A DNA stretch of 64,000 nucleotides from the human T2T-CHM13v2.0 reference genome, Homo sapiens. Position numbers and translations under genes: made by a program. Shown here in pieces: positions 40,979 through 55,652 of the stretch. Location of the stretch: NCBI RefSeq assembly GCF_009914755.1, contig NC_060940.1. One strand, 5' to 3'. Position 1 is the stretch's first letter. Each line of letters starts with the position of its first letter. The notes under the pieces were generated by a model, which made no database searches, was not told where the DNA came from, and worked only from the letters and a program-made list of their open reading frames with translations.

Positions 40979-41005
40979 CTAGGTTCCTTTGAAAAGGAAT
41001 ATTCT

Positions 41006-41636
<631 letters not shown>

Positions 41637-43949
41637 TCATATATCCCTGAGGAGAACACAGGAACTAACTCATGCTCACATTCATGGAAATCAATTGTTT
41701 CAGACTTACGATCTCTATTTTCTTTTTTGAGAACTCTAAAAGGACAGGAAGGCCAGCTTGTGATTGTGAGGCGAACCACTGCCAGTGCTGGATTATTCAC
41801 ACCCCGGACTCAGGGACAGAATGTGAAGAAGGGAACACAGACTAGGGGTGCCCCCGCCTGGCCATCTGCCCTCCAGCAAGCTGTGCTGCCACCACTGACT
41901 AAGCGAGCCTGCGTTCCATGCAGTTACAGCCCTTCTCAGCCTCTAGCCAGAAAGAACCAATACTTGACGGCAGGCTGAGGCAGGAGAATTGCTTGAATCC
42001 GGGAGGTGAAAGTTTCAGTGAGCCAAGATCGCCCTACTGCACTCCAGCCTGGGCAACAGAGTGAGACAGTCTCAAAAAAAAAAAAAAAACAAACAAACAA
42101 TACTTGCTCTTGAACAGCACGAATCTGAGATATGCACAAAAATCAGCAGTTCCTTTGAGACGGAAAGTTGGCCACAACTGCCCCCAGATTCAAGTGTGGA
42201 GGACACAAAACCACCATCCAACTGACCCAAAGGACTCTGCCACAGGGGCCCAGAAGGCCCAAGAGCTGGGAGGAGTGGGTGACCAAGGGACAAAAGTGTC
42301 TGCCACCCAGTCGACCAATGCAAAAATATTTTCAGCAATGAAACTCCTACTAAATCTAAAAATACCTGGGGGCCCCGACAATACCTTCAGTTCCGCTCTA
42401 CACGGGGAAGAAACCACAGAAGGTGGCAGAGGACAGTGCAGTCCTGGGGTAGGTGCCACGGCAGGGGCTTCTCCCAAAAGGGATCCAGAAATGGGCAGCA
42501 GCCACCAACTGACAGACACACGCGTCTCCAGGGCCCACCGAAATGCGGAATCCGACCTTATTTCCACAGCTGGGGAAACTGCCCAAACTATAGTTTCAAT
42601 CACTGCACAAAGATATCCTATTACCCGCCTGACAACCAGCTGGGCATTTTCCAGATCATTCTCCTCAGGAACAATAATACCAAGATTTCTATATGAGCAG
42701 CTTCCTGTGTTATTCCCCTTCCCCTTAGCCTCAGCACCACCCCAGCCCAAGGAGCACACCAAGCAGAGTGTGGGTGCTGGGGGCTGCAGGTGGGGTGCAG
42801 AAGGGTTGTGACAGGATTCCGAGTGCCGGGCGTCCTCCTGGAAAGGAGCTCCATTACAAACAAGGAGCAGAACATTACAAACAAAAATACTGCCCACGTG
42901 CGGTGGCTCATGCCTGTCATCCCAGCACTTTGGGAGGCCGAGGCGGGCGGATCGCGGGGTCAGGAGTTCGAGACCAGCCTGACCAATATGGTGAAACCTG
43001 TCTCTAATAAAAAATACAAAAATTAGCTGGGCGTGGTGGCGAGCACCTGTAGTCCCAGCTACTCAGGAGGCTGAGGCAGGAGACTCGCTTGAGCCCGGGA
43101 GGCAGAGGTTGCAGTGAGCCGAGATTGGCCACTGCACTGCCCAGGCGAAGAAAATGTCATTTACAACTGGTGCTCAGCCTCCCCTGGAGACCATCACAGC
43201 CTCCTGAAGAAGCTGACAACCCAGGGAGGTGCCTTTATTTCTGAGGAAAGACGCAGCTGGTGCCAACACCAGCAGAAACCGTATTCCCTTTCCATATCAC
43301 TCAGCCCAGCACTGCCTGGCAAATGTTCCCGGCTTGCTGTTTTGTAACTGTAATACTTTGTACAAACAGGTCAAGGACCTGCAGCCTGGGGCCTGGACCA
43401 AGTCCAGAAACATGTTCGGTTTGGCCCCAAAAACAAAAAAAAATTGAGATATGGTCTCACTCTGTCCCCTAGGCTACAGTGCAGTGGTGCGATCAAGGGT
43501 CACTGCAGCCTCGACCTCCTGGACTCAAGCGATCCTCCCACCTCAGCCTCCAAAGTGACTGAGACTACAGTTGTGTGCCACCACGCCCGGCTGATTTTGT
43601 TTAGTTTTTGTAGCGATGAGGTCTCAACATGTTGCCAGGCTGGTCTGGAACTCCTGGACTCAAGCGATCCTCCCGCCTCGGCCTCCCAAAGTGCTGGGAT
43701 GACAGGCGTGCGTCACTGCACTTCTTTTTTAAATCAGGAAGTTTCACAGCATCTTGCTTCCCTTGAACTGGGCGGCACCAAATACGGGGGCTGGGGCCTC
43801 CCTTAGAATGGGGTACGCACGCCCTGCCGATGCACACAGTCCCGCTGGAACTCTCTGCCTGGACCCTTATGAATGTCCCTAAAACTGTAATTCTGAGGAC
43901 CTCAAAATCCATGTCCTTTCCTTAGCAATGGCGACATTCTACCCCCTGC

Positions 43950-45550
43950 AGAGCCTTGACAGCTTTCGGCGAGATCTGGAAACCGCCAGGGACGCCTCCC
44001 TGTCTGCGCCTCCGCCCGCCCAGTGCCCTGCGCTGCGCACCCGCCCGGGGCGCTGGCCTGGCCCGGCCGCGCGACCACCTCGGGCGAATGACACGCCGGG
44101 TCCCCAGACGGGGTCTCCGGCGCCGGGCGGGCAGCTCCACCACCGCAGGCGGCGCCGCGAGACCGCGGTCCTTGCAGCGGGGCAGCAGGTGCGGGGTGGG
44201 CCAGGCGTCCCGGGGCCCTGCCCGCTGCGCCTCAGAGCCGCGCCCCAGGCTCTCCTCGGCGCCGGCCCGGGCAGGACGCGATGCCCTGGAGGCGTCAGGG
44301 GCGCGGCCGGCCCAGCCCGAGCGTGGAGGCCGCGGCGGACGCAGGCCTGGCCCTGCTTACCTAGCGCTTTCCGCACCCGCGGCCCCGCGCCCGCTCCGCG
44401 CCAGCCTCAGCGCCTGCGCCGCCTCCGCTCGAGCCCGGCAGCGCGGCCTTAGGCACCTGCGCAACAGACACTGCGTCAGCGGTCGCCAAACGACGGCCCG
44501 GCGCCGCCCGCTGCCCGCCCCGCCAGGCCCGCGTCCCCCGGCCCGCACCGCCCCGCCGCACCCACCGAGGCCTCGGCGGGCGCAGGCGGCTCCCAGCGCG
44601 GCGAGGCTGCGGCGGCCGAGCAGCCCTCGGCCCACCACCATGACCCGGGCCGGGCTGGACTGCCGAGCTGCCCAGGACTGCAAAACACCGGCGTCGGCGC
44701 GTCGCAGCCAATCAGCGCCCGCCTCGCGCTGCCCTCAGCCAATCAGCGTCCACCTCGCACCGTCCGCCAACCAATCAACGCGCTCGCGCTCAACTTGTTT
44801 TCTCCGCGAGCCCCGACTGCCACGGGCCGGGAGACGGGCCTGGGAGCGGCGGCGGCGGCCCGAGAGCTGCGCCGGGAGAGCTGTGCCGCGAGCCTCCGCC
44901 TCTTTTTTGGCACCGCACAGTGGATCCCTGGAGGCCGAGCGCCACGCCGCCCGGGTACCCGGCAGATCGCGAGGTGGAACGGGCCGTCGCTGCGGGGGAC
45001 AGCGTTCCGAGGCAGTTGGTCCTCTCCGGGATGCCGTAGGCATCAGCTGACCGGCCCAGCCCACGTGACTACAGGGGCACTTGATGGGAATCATGGCAGC
45101 ATCCAGGCCATTGTCCCGCTTCTGGGAGTGGGGAAAGAACATCGTCTGCGTGGGGAGGAACTACGCGGACCACGTCAGGGAGATGCGCAGCGCGGTGTTG
45201 AGCGAGCCCGTGCTGTTCCTGAAGCCGTCCACGGCCTACGCGCCCGAGGGCTCGCCCATCCTCATGCCCGCGTACACTCGCAACCTGCACCACGAGCTGG
45301 AGCTGGGCGTGGTGATGGGCAAGCGCTGCCGCGCAGTCCCCGAGGCTGCGGCCATGGACTACGTGGGCGGCTATGCCCTGTGCCTGGATATGACCGCCCG
45401 GGACGTGCAGGACGAGTGCAAGAAGAAGGGGCTGCCCTGGACTCTGGCGAAGAGCTTCACGGCGTCCTGCCCGGTCAGCGCGTTCGTGCCCAAGGAGAAG
45501 ATCCCTGACCCTCACAAGCTGAAGCTCTGGCTCAAGGTCAACGGCGAACT
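43950..45550. promoter_or_regulatory. CpG island / bidirectional HAGH-FAHD1 promoter
   Basis: High CpG density; CCAAT at 44708, 44739 and 44771; CACGTGAC E-box at 45062; head-to-head ATGs about 440 bp apart. Confidence 0.88.
44566..44641 (-). CDS. HAGH: HAGH exon 1: glyoxalase II (hydroxyacylglutathione hydrolase) mitochondrial targeting peptide; 308 aa in total
   Basis: gtcATGG Kozak context; Arg-rich MVVGRGLLGRRSLAALGAACARRGL with no acidic residues; donor G|gtgggt. The 9 exons sum to 927 nt. Confidence 0.93.
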
Positions 45551-45758
45551 GAGACAGGAGGGTGAGACATCCTCCATGATTTTTTCCATCCCCTACATCA
45601 TCAGCTATGTTTCTAAGATCATAACCTTGGAAGAAGGAGATATTATCTTGACTGGGACGCCAAAGGGAGTTGGACCGGTTAAAGAAAACGATGAGATCGA
45701 GGCTGGCATACACGGGCTGGTCAGTATGACATTTAAAGTGGAAAAGCCAGAATATTGA
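45084..45758 (+). CDS. FAHD1: FAHD1, fumarylacetoacetate hydrolase domain protein 1 (oxaloacetate decarboxylase/acylpyruvase), single-exon form, 224 aa (221 aa from the ATG at 45093)
   Basis: FAH-family motifs CVGRNYADH, HHELELGVVMG, DMTARD, WTLAKSF, GDIILTGTP. Confidence 0.98.
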   Translation: MGIMAASRPLSRFWEWGKNIVCVGRNYADHVREMRSAVLSEPVLFLKPSTAYAPEGSPILMPAYTRNLHHELELGVVMGKRCRAVPEAAAMDYVGGYALCLDMTARDVQDECKKKGLPWTLAKSFTASCPVSAFVPKEKIPDPHKLKLWLKVNGELRQEGETSSMIFSIPYIISYVSKIITLEEGDIILTGTPKGVGPVKENDEIEAGIHGLVSMTFKVEKPEY

Positions 45759-45853
45759 GTTATTTGTTAACAAGTTTCGAGAGAGAAGGGAGCAAGACAA
45801 GAGCAAGCAACGGCTATTAAATGTCACAATCCTTTAATTAGAAACCATTTATT

Positions 45854-46160
<307 letters not shown>

Positions 46161-46743
46161 TTAAAAATGATTAGATTGCTATGCCTCAACTCATAGAAGA
46201 TGAACCCTTCAAGAAAACGTGAAGTAGAACGGGTGGGCCAGAAATGAAAACAGGCAAGTAAAGTATTTCTTCGGAAAACATTTTATCAAACCAAATGTTA
46301 AAAAGACTTTCCTTTTGTAAAACTGGATTAGAGAAGACTTTTCAGTGGGTTATCTCTAGGATGATCAGTAGTTCAGCACTTAAAAACTGCAGAGAAAACT
46401 GAAAGTTATGTTCCAGATAACTTTCCGTTGTTTACCAAATTTTCTTAGATTTGGTCATCATCAGGAAGCATTTGTAAAAATAAAAATCTCCACAAATTAC
46501 TGGCCCATCTCGGACTTGCTGAATCAATTTGATAGGATTAATCTCCAGTGAAGCTGTGTTTACAGGGCATTCCAAGTGATTCTTATCAGGAAATGTGAAA
46601 AACACTCCTGTACATAATCGGTTAATTTAAAATTTTACTTAATAAGTGAACAAGTAATGAAGATTTCACCTGTTTACTTAGGGTATCTACCCAGACCCAT
46701 CGATTCTGAGTTCGGGAGATGATTTTGAAATTACTGTTTTCCA

Positions 46744-46749
46744 AATAAA
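46744..46749 (+). terminator. FAHD1: Likely polyA signal of the FAHD1 single-exon mRNA
   Basis: AATAAA about 1 kb after the stop; other candidates near 45816 and 46479. Confidence 0.55.
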
Positions 46750-47129
46750 GGTGCTCCCTTCTAAGTGGCTTACAAGGGTAATTTTTTTCCCCCCAGTAAT
46801 GACGAGGAGGGATATTTCCTCCTTGTGGGGCTTCAGACCTTAGTCTTTGACCTTTGGCCTTCTGAGCACTGTGCTGTGTTAACACAGTTAATCAGCAACT
46901 GTACTTCCCAACCGGAGATAAGGAGGCTTTGTGGAAGTTGAATAGCCTGGGACTGCTGCTTTTGCTCTTGCCTGCACCCTCCTCTGAAAAAACATCCAGG
47001 CAAGATGCACAGCATAGCTGTCAATGCCTGGAGGAGTCCTTTGGGCTTCGGCAGGGGTTCCTGTTCGCGTTCACATCATCTGCTGGCCCCTGAAGAAAGC
47101 CTAGGACATCTGATTGAGTAGTAACGGTC

Positions 47130-47365
47130 CCCATGTATTGAACACAGTACTGTTAGGCACCATGCCAAGCAGTTTATTCTGTATTTCCACGTGTTATGTA
47201 ACCAGCAACCAAGCCATAAGCTTAGTATGATCACTACCATCCCCATTACTCAGATGAAGACAGATCTAGAGGCTGTGAAGGCTGGCTAAAGTCACTCAGC
47301 TTAGTGGCAGAGCCGAGATGTAACCCAGCTCCCCCAAGACCAGAACGTGAAGTTTTGACCACAAT
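47130..47365 (-). mobile_element. MIR fragment
   Basis: Core-like CATT..CAGATGAAGA..AGAGGC..AAGTCAC.CAGCT.AGTGGCAGAGCC. Confidence 0.6.
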
Positions 47366-47680
47366 GCAGGCTGCATCTTGTAAGTAGATACATAAGAAGA
47401 ATCAGACACTTAGGTATGCTGCAACCCCATGCTTAAATTATAATATAGTATGAGGAAGTGCCATAATTGGATTTCTTTATTAAGTATCATGCTATCTTAA
47501 CTACTTTTAGTATTATTTTTTCATTGCTTGGCAATGCATGTAATTACAGAAGAGTCAGAAAATAGAGATTAGCAATTAGAACAAAACACCAAAAATTTCA
47601 TCTACCCAGAGACAGCCAAAGTTAAGCATTTATTGCAAGTTCTTCCAAGTCTGTGGATATAATTGTAATTTTTTAAATAG

Positions 47681-48032
<352 letters not shown>

Positions 48033-48757
48033 TAACTTGCTTATTTCACTGTATATTGTGACCATCTTTTTCCTTGTTAGCTGACACATTTCTGCAGTAC
48101 AACTTTCATGGATTGCATAAGATTCTGAAGTCAAGCCTCCATTTTTGGACCTTGAGATTGTCTCTAATGATTTGCTAGTATCAGCACATGTGCTGTTTTT
48201 TCCTTTGGCTAGGTTCCCATAAGTGGAAGAGTTGGATCAAAGGGCGTGCTCATGCTGGAAGTGTATTATTAGTCTGCTACCAGCTACACGGTTCAGCTGA
48301 GATATAGCTACCAAGTTGACAGACTATTAAAGTCAAAGTTATAAAGTAGAAGCAGTGCTCACATGCAGCCCTAGTAGGTGGCACAAGCCAGCACCGAGTA
48401 CAGTGCCCCTGGGGTCAGTGTTCACCACAGTGGTAGAACAAGCTTTGTCACAAACATTGACATCAGCATTGCAGGTGTAGGCACACAAAGTCCTTAGATG
48501 CAAGAATCAAAAACAGAGACACCAAGTCCGACAATTCCTGATATTGCTAAAATCATAGTAATCCTAGCATTCAGAAGATAACGTTTTTCCACGTTTTGAA
48601 TACATTTAAACCTATGAAAAAGTTTAAAAACCAATACAATGAACTCCATATGCCCTTTAATAGTTTCAACAATTACCAGCATTCACTATGTTTGTCCTCT
48701 GGTCCTACGTCTCTCCCTTCCTCCCCGCCATATATGTGTATATATGCAGACATGCAC

Positions 48758-48768
48758 CTCTCTCTCTC

Positions 48769-48805
<37 letters not shown>
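48758..48805. repeat. (CT)n(CA)n microsatellite
   Basis: Directly visible. Confidence 0.95.
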
Positions 48806-48807
<2 letters not shown>

Positions 48808-49505
48808 ATATTTTGGAAATGCGTCGGGATGGTGACTGCAGAAAGACTCTTCCCTTTCAGCATACATCTCCCAAGAATCAGGATATTCTCCTACATGGAA
48901 ATGAGACCATTATCACGCTTAAGAAAATAATTCCACAGTGTATTAGTCTGTACAGAATATATGGTTTGACATCTGTTCTTCTGTTGTGTTTTTAAAACAT
49001 GTTCATTGGCCTTTTATAAAAAAATGAGTATTACACATCCACTTAATATATCACGGACATATTTCCAGGTCAGTGAATATAAGTACAGGTACCCCTTTTT
49101 AATGGCTGTATCTCAGATCATGTACCCCAGAAGCACAGCCTAAGATGGGGATTCTTGTTCCCGTGATTTGCTGAAGGAGTGCTCTCAGGAGAAGAGAAGC
49201 GTAATGAAGCAGAAAGGGCAGGGAGCAAACTCCAAGGAAGAAAGTGGTCTCTGGGCTGGATATCAGCTTCAGTCAGCTGGTGAACCCAAGGGGAAGCTCT
49301 GGAGCGAGGAGTCTGTTGGCACCAGAATCTGCTCTCCCCGCCCTTTCCATAGCTTCCTCAGGTAATTTTCTGACCCTCATAGAAGCTGAGGGACTTCAGC
49401 AAGTGAAGATTTTCTGGGTGGAGCATCCCCGACAGATTGCACACTTTTCAGATGCTCTGCTATTAGAAACAATGATGCAAGGGGCATCCTCCATATACTC
49501 TACAG

Positions 49506-49836
49506 CAAGGGTCCCCCAACCTCCAGGCCACTGACTGCTACCAGCCCGTGGCCTGTTACAAACGGAGCCACACAGTAGGAGGCAAGTGAGCATTCCCGCC
49601 CGAGTTCTGCTTCCCGTCAGATCAGTGGTGGCATGAGATTCTCACAGGAGCGTGAACCCTTTTGTAAACTGCACATGCGAGGGATCTAGGTTGCGCACTC
49701 CTTATGAGTATCTAATGCCTGGATCTGAGGTGGAACTGTTTCATCCTGAAACCATCCCCGCCCCCCGACCCGGCAATCCGTGGAAAAACTGTCTTCCACC
49801 AAACCATTCCCAGGTGCCAAAAAGTTTGGGCCGCTG
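49506..49836 (+). mobile_element. MER1-type hAT-Charlie DNA transposon
   Basis: Degenerate TIRs CAAGGGTCCCCCAAC...TTTGGGCCGCTG; 8-bp TSD CTCTACAG/CTCTACAT. Confidence 0.85.
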
Positions 49837-49982
49837 CTCTACATCATTGGCACTTGTTTGTTTCCTTAGGGAAGTCTTAGAAGTGAAATCAATGAAATGG
49901 TTTGCACTTTGAAATTTTGACACTTTTTGCCAAATTGCAGAGGAAAAAAAACTACCATGTTGCACTTGACAAGACTGTTTAA

Positions 49983-50278
<296 letters not shown>

Positions 50279-50343
50279 TGATCCACCCACCTCAGCCTCC
50301 CAAAGTGCTGGGATTACAGGCGTGAGCCACCGCGCCTGGCCTA

Positions 50344-50481
<138 letters not shown>

Positions 50482-51213
50482 TCACTGTCTCTACAAAATG
50501 TTTTAAAATTAACCGAGTAAGGTGGCTTCTCCTGAGCTCCTGGACACGGGGCTCAGTGGAGGGGGCACCATACCCACTCTTGCTGAACCAACAGTGGGAG
50601 CCAAGCCAGCACCAACCACGACACCCTCACTTCTCTCCTCTCCTTCCTTCCCTGTCCACCCTCCCCATTCACCTGGCTTCACAAACCCCCCAGTTCTCCC
50701 CAAGGGAGGATGGAAGGCCTGTTCTGCACAACTAGGTCAAGTCGTTCATTACCTTATCACCACAATTTGGACACTTAGGGGTGAACCTGCATCCCTCCTC
50801 TGTGGCTGCACATGGTAAAAGCCAGATAAAACATGACTGACGATGGTTTATCTCCCAACACCAGCCTTAGGAAACAGTTTCATATACTCACTTTTTCCTT
50901 TTTTTTCAATCCTGTGGTGGAGGGCATGTAGCCTTCTAAAGTACCAGGTCAAACCTCCCAGGCCGTGGGTCAACACTGACCTTAGCGGTGGGTCTTCACA
51001 GCTGGAGTCTGCGCCCTGAAGCAAGTGACTCTCAATGGTGTGCAGTTGAGCCGTTTACTTTGTGGCTGCTGCAAAGCAAACAGATAAAGTGGCAGCTGTC
51101 GTCCTCATGTCCTGAGTAGGTCCCCCTCAGAGTTCTGAGACCCAGGCACGCTCATGAACCTTTTGAAGTTGGTCTCCTCCCAGTTGATTCAGACTCAGTC
51201 ATGTCAGCCCTGA

Positions 51214-51640
<427 letters not shown>

Positions 51641-51791
51641 TAGCCAGGATGGTCTCGATCTCCTGACTGCCTTGGCATCCCAAAGTGCTGGGATTACAGG
51701 CATGAGCCACCGTGCCCAGCCCTTGAGGTCCTACTCTTTTTCCAGGGAACCAAGACAAATAATAAACTGGCTTAAGAAAATAAATCATTCA

Positions 51792-51835
51792 CTCAGGATT
51801 AAGAAACTCACTCAAAGCCGTTCAACTACATGGAA
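51792..51835 (+). mobile_element. 44-bp internal L1 ORF2 fragment with 18-bp TSD
   Basis: Encodes LRIKKLTQSRSTTW(K); flanked by AAGAAAATAAATCATTCA at 51774 and 51836. Confidence 0.85.
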
Positions 51836-51875
51836 AAGAAAATAAATCATTCAAATCTGTAGAAGATTAAATCTG

Positions 51876-51881
51876 TTTATT
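51876..51881 (-). terminator. MEIOB: MEIOB polyadenylation signal
   Basis: AATAAA on the minus strand about 250 nt after the stop. Confidence 0.75.
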
Positions 51882-52129
51882 AATTCATGTAAACATTTTC
51901 CAACTTGGGAGGAGACAAGGCAAAGACAGTAGGAGGCCTTCTAAGAAGGGAGGTCAGATGAGAGAGGCCTTCAGACTCACCCAGACCACCTCCACCATAA
52001 CAATTTCTAGAAACATGTTCACCACATGTAAACAAAATGCAATTTTCCCCATAATTTTCAAATTAATATTCCATTTTAAAGGGAGTTAAAACTCTTATAC
52101 TTTTCCAGAGTTCAAAATGATAGACCGTT

Positions 52130-52240
52130 TTAAACATGTTTTTGTCCAGACAAGTTTCTGCTTGCCTCAGTAGGATCTGCAAGCTTGCACGAGAGTACAC
52201 TAATTTTCAATCCACTCCTTGCTCTGTGTGATAGAACGAA
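52130..52240 (-). CDS. MEIOB: MEIOB last coding exon (meiosis-specific OB-fold protein, RPA1 paralogue)
   Basis: tcgcag|TTCGTT; [36 protein letters not shown]. Confidence 0.9.
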   Translation of the reverse strand, partial: FVLSHRARSGLKISVLSCKLADPTEASRNLSGQKHV

Positions 52241-52514
52241 CTGCGAGGAGAAACAGAAAAAGAGACAAAAGGTTAATTTTTAAAATCCCCTTGTATATCA
52301 AGTTGAAAAATCAATGATCACGAATAGAGAACTGCAATGAAAGTTTTGTTTACAGATACTAATATAAACTTCCTTTAGAGCTGTAAGATGATGGGAAGAG
52401 TTCCAGTCTCGGAGTACAGTTAATTTACAGGCCCAGCTTCTGACTGATTTTGTAAAAATTTTGTCACTTTTCATGCTATTTCTCTCAGGTAGGAAAGTTG
52501 GGATTAAAAGTCTA

Positions 52515-52640
<126 letters not shown>

Positions 52641-52646
52641 CTACTA

Positions 52647-52862
<216 letters not shown>

Positions 52863-53752
52863 TCATGCCTGTAATCCCAGCACTTTGGGAGGCCAAGGCA
52901 GGTAGATCACTTGAGGCCTGAAGTTCAAGACCAGCCTGGCCAATAAAGTGAAACCCTGTCTCTACTAAAAATATAAAAATTAGCCAGGTGTGGTGGTGCA
53001 CACCTGTGGTCCCAGCTACTCGGTGGCTGAGGCGGGAGGATCACTTGAGCCTGGGAAGGTTGAGGCTGCAGTAAGCTGTGATCGCACCACGTGCTCCAGC
53101 CTGTGTGACAGAGCGAGCAGAGTGAGACTGTGTCTCAAAAAAAAAAAAAAGTATAACATATGAAAAAGGGCTTAATGTGTGTTCAAACTACCAACTGTGA
53201 TAGACTTTAAGCTGTAGCAGGGACTCAATCTGTGAGACTACAGGAATATGATGACATAATTTAATAATAGTCTTATTTTAATAGTCTTATTTTTTATAAT
53301 TTATACAGCACTTTAACCAACATTTTATTTAATATAGAGTGGAAGGACATATCAACCACTTTAATTTCAAGACTGAGAGAAAAAAAAGTACCAACATCAG
53401 GGAAAACTGTGAAAGACTTTAAGTGGGCAATAACAATAAGTGGGTACCCTTTCAATGGAATGTTGTGGTAGTCTGACATTGGCTAGAACACGTTCAGAGC
53501 TGTCCGATTCTACAGGGGCTACACCTCCCATTGCACGGACTGAGCTGTTTTAGAACTAGGTTGTAGAAAGCTGACAGTGATTCGAATGACCCTGCTCATG
53601 GAATCCCCATGAAGTCTGTCTGAGTGAAGATGCACTGCTTCTGCCCTATAGAGGAGCCCAGAGGTTCATCTACAAGCAAACCCATTCAGCATTTTGCATT
53701 GCCTGCCTATGTATCTATTCTTCCAATTCCTTTTTCTTTTTTTTTTTTTTGA

Positions 53753-53951
<199 letters not shown>

Positions 53952-55237
53952 TGAACCAATTCCCCTTTGAATCCTTCTTCTCCCCTATATCTTACTGGTC
54001 CCCTCATTAATTAATGAGTTAAATCTTCAACATGTGTTATTTTTGTATGCATCATGGTTTTTGGATTTTGGTTTTGGATTTTACATCTTTTTATTTGTAA
54101 AATACTGTGTTACCTAATGCACGAAGCAGCTTGTCCATAATTATGAATATTTGTTAAAGCCACCTGGAACATCTGTTACACACATTCTCTGGGAAAGTGC
54201 AGTATCCACTTGAGGGTCATTCATTGTTGTATTTGAATCAAATTTAGAAAACTCTTAAGTTCCCATGAACTTAAGTTGATCAGACTCATTAGCAAGTGGT
54301 GCCTCCTGTCTGGAGGGAAAGTATACAGGGTCGGTCAAGGACCTAAGCATGCCCTGACTTGCAAAGAGACAGTATTTAGGGGCCCATGCTAACTGTTGAA
54401 GAGATGCAGCATCTTACTGCAACTTTACTGCCTTTGGCCTGGTAGTGAAGAGGCCTCAAGCCGAGGTCCTAGAAATATTGCTAAGGCCACTGGAGACTCC
54501 ATGTCTGCAAACTATTCAGATGTGTTGGTGGCCATGGAAAATGGGAAAACCTGCTTATGAGGCTGAGATGGAGGAGATGCAGCATTCACAAATGCTCCTG
54601 CAGGATGTCCATGAGATGAAAACTAATTTCATAATAACACTAATTCTCTCATCAGCACGCAATGTTTTCTAGAGGCTCCATGATACCATTAGTCTGACAC
54701 AAATGGAATGTGTGCTCTAGAATGTTTTAAAATTTTTTCAGTATTAAGCTGCAGTACAGCAAGTATCAGTAGATATAACCACACAAACGGGAGCACATTA
54801 ACTTGCGGGAGAATACAAGAGAAAAGAGTTGAGAACCATGAAGTGAAGCAACTAGGCTGGCTGGGTCCAGTCTCACCTGTGACCCAGTGCAAGTGGCAAC
54901 ACTTCTTGGTCCCACTTTTCTCATCTGCAATAGGGGAGTTTGTCTCACTGCACTTTTCCTCCTCTGACACCTTGAACACTAAGACTCGAGGATCCTCCAA
55001 CACTGAAGTGCCTCAGGAGGCAACTGTGGCCCTTCAGGGTTGGAGGATCATGGAATTTTGCAGGTTAGCAAATTTAACCTCTGCAGGGTCTCACAGGCTG
55101 AGGTGTGGTGGGATTAGGATTCAGACCAAATCTGTCTCCCCGCAACAACCCAAGCACTTAATTGTGCTATCTTACACTGCCTCACTAACTGAAGGGAACA
55201 CCACAGGGTGGGTGGGGGTGGGGACAACCTAGTCTGA

Positions 55238-55378
<141 letters not shown>

Positions 55379-55652
55379 TGATTTTAAAGCCCTTTCCCCT
55401 GTTTTGGATTTAACCTTAAAGGATATTTTCTTTGTTGGTCTATTTTCTTTGATGTCTTTGGTAACTCCTTTATACAATATGAAAAAACCCCTGGCTATTT
55501 CCTTTGCTTTTAGGATAGCTGAATCCTTATGCACATCTGGGAACTGGGCATTAGAAATAATAAATTCTCGAATTTATCTAGGTTTTTCTTATGGTTTGAA
55601 TATACAGAATAATAAATATATAGAATAATATGGGACTATAAAATGCACTAAC

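Noticed and set aside
43928-45827. 364-, 237- and 252-aa ORFs around the HAGH/FAHD1 island
   Set aside because: Stop-poor CpG island or FAHD1 shadow frames; in-frame stops at 45048-45050 and 45066-45068 exclude a FAHD1 extension
49105-49330. Possible ancient ERVL-type LTR fragment
   Set aside because: Resemblance too weak to call without a Dfam search
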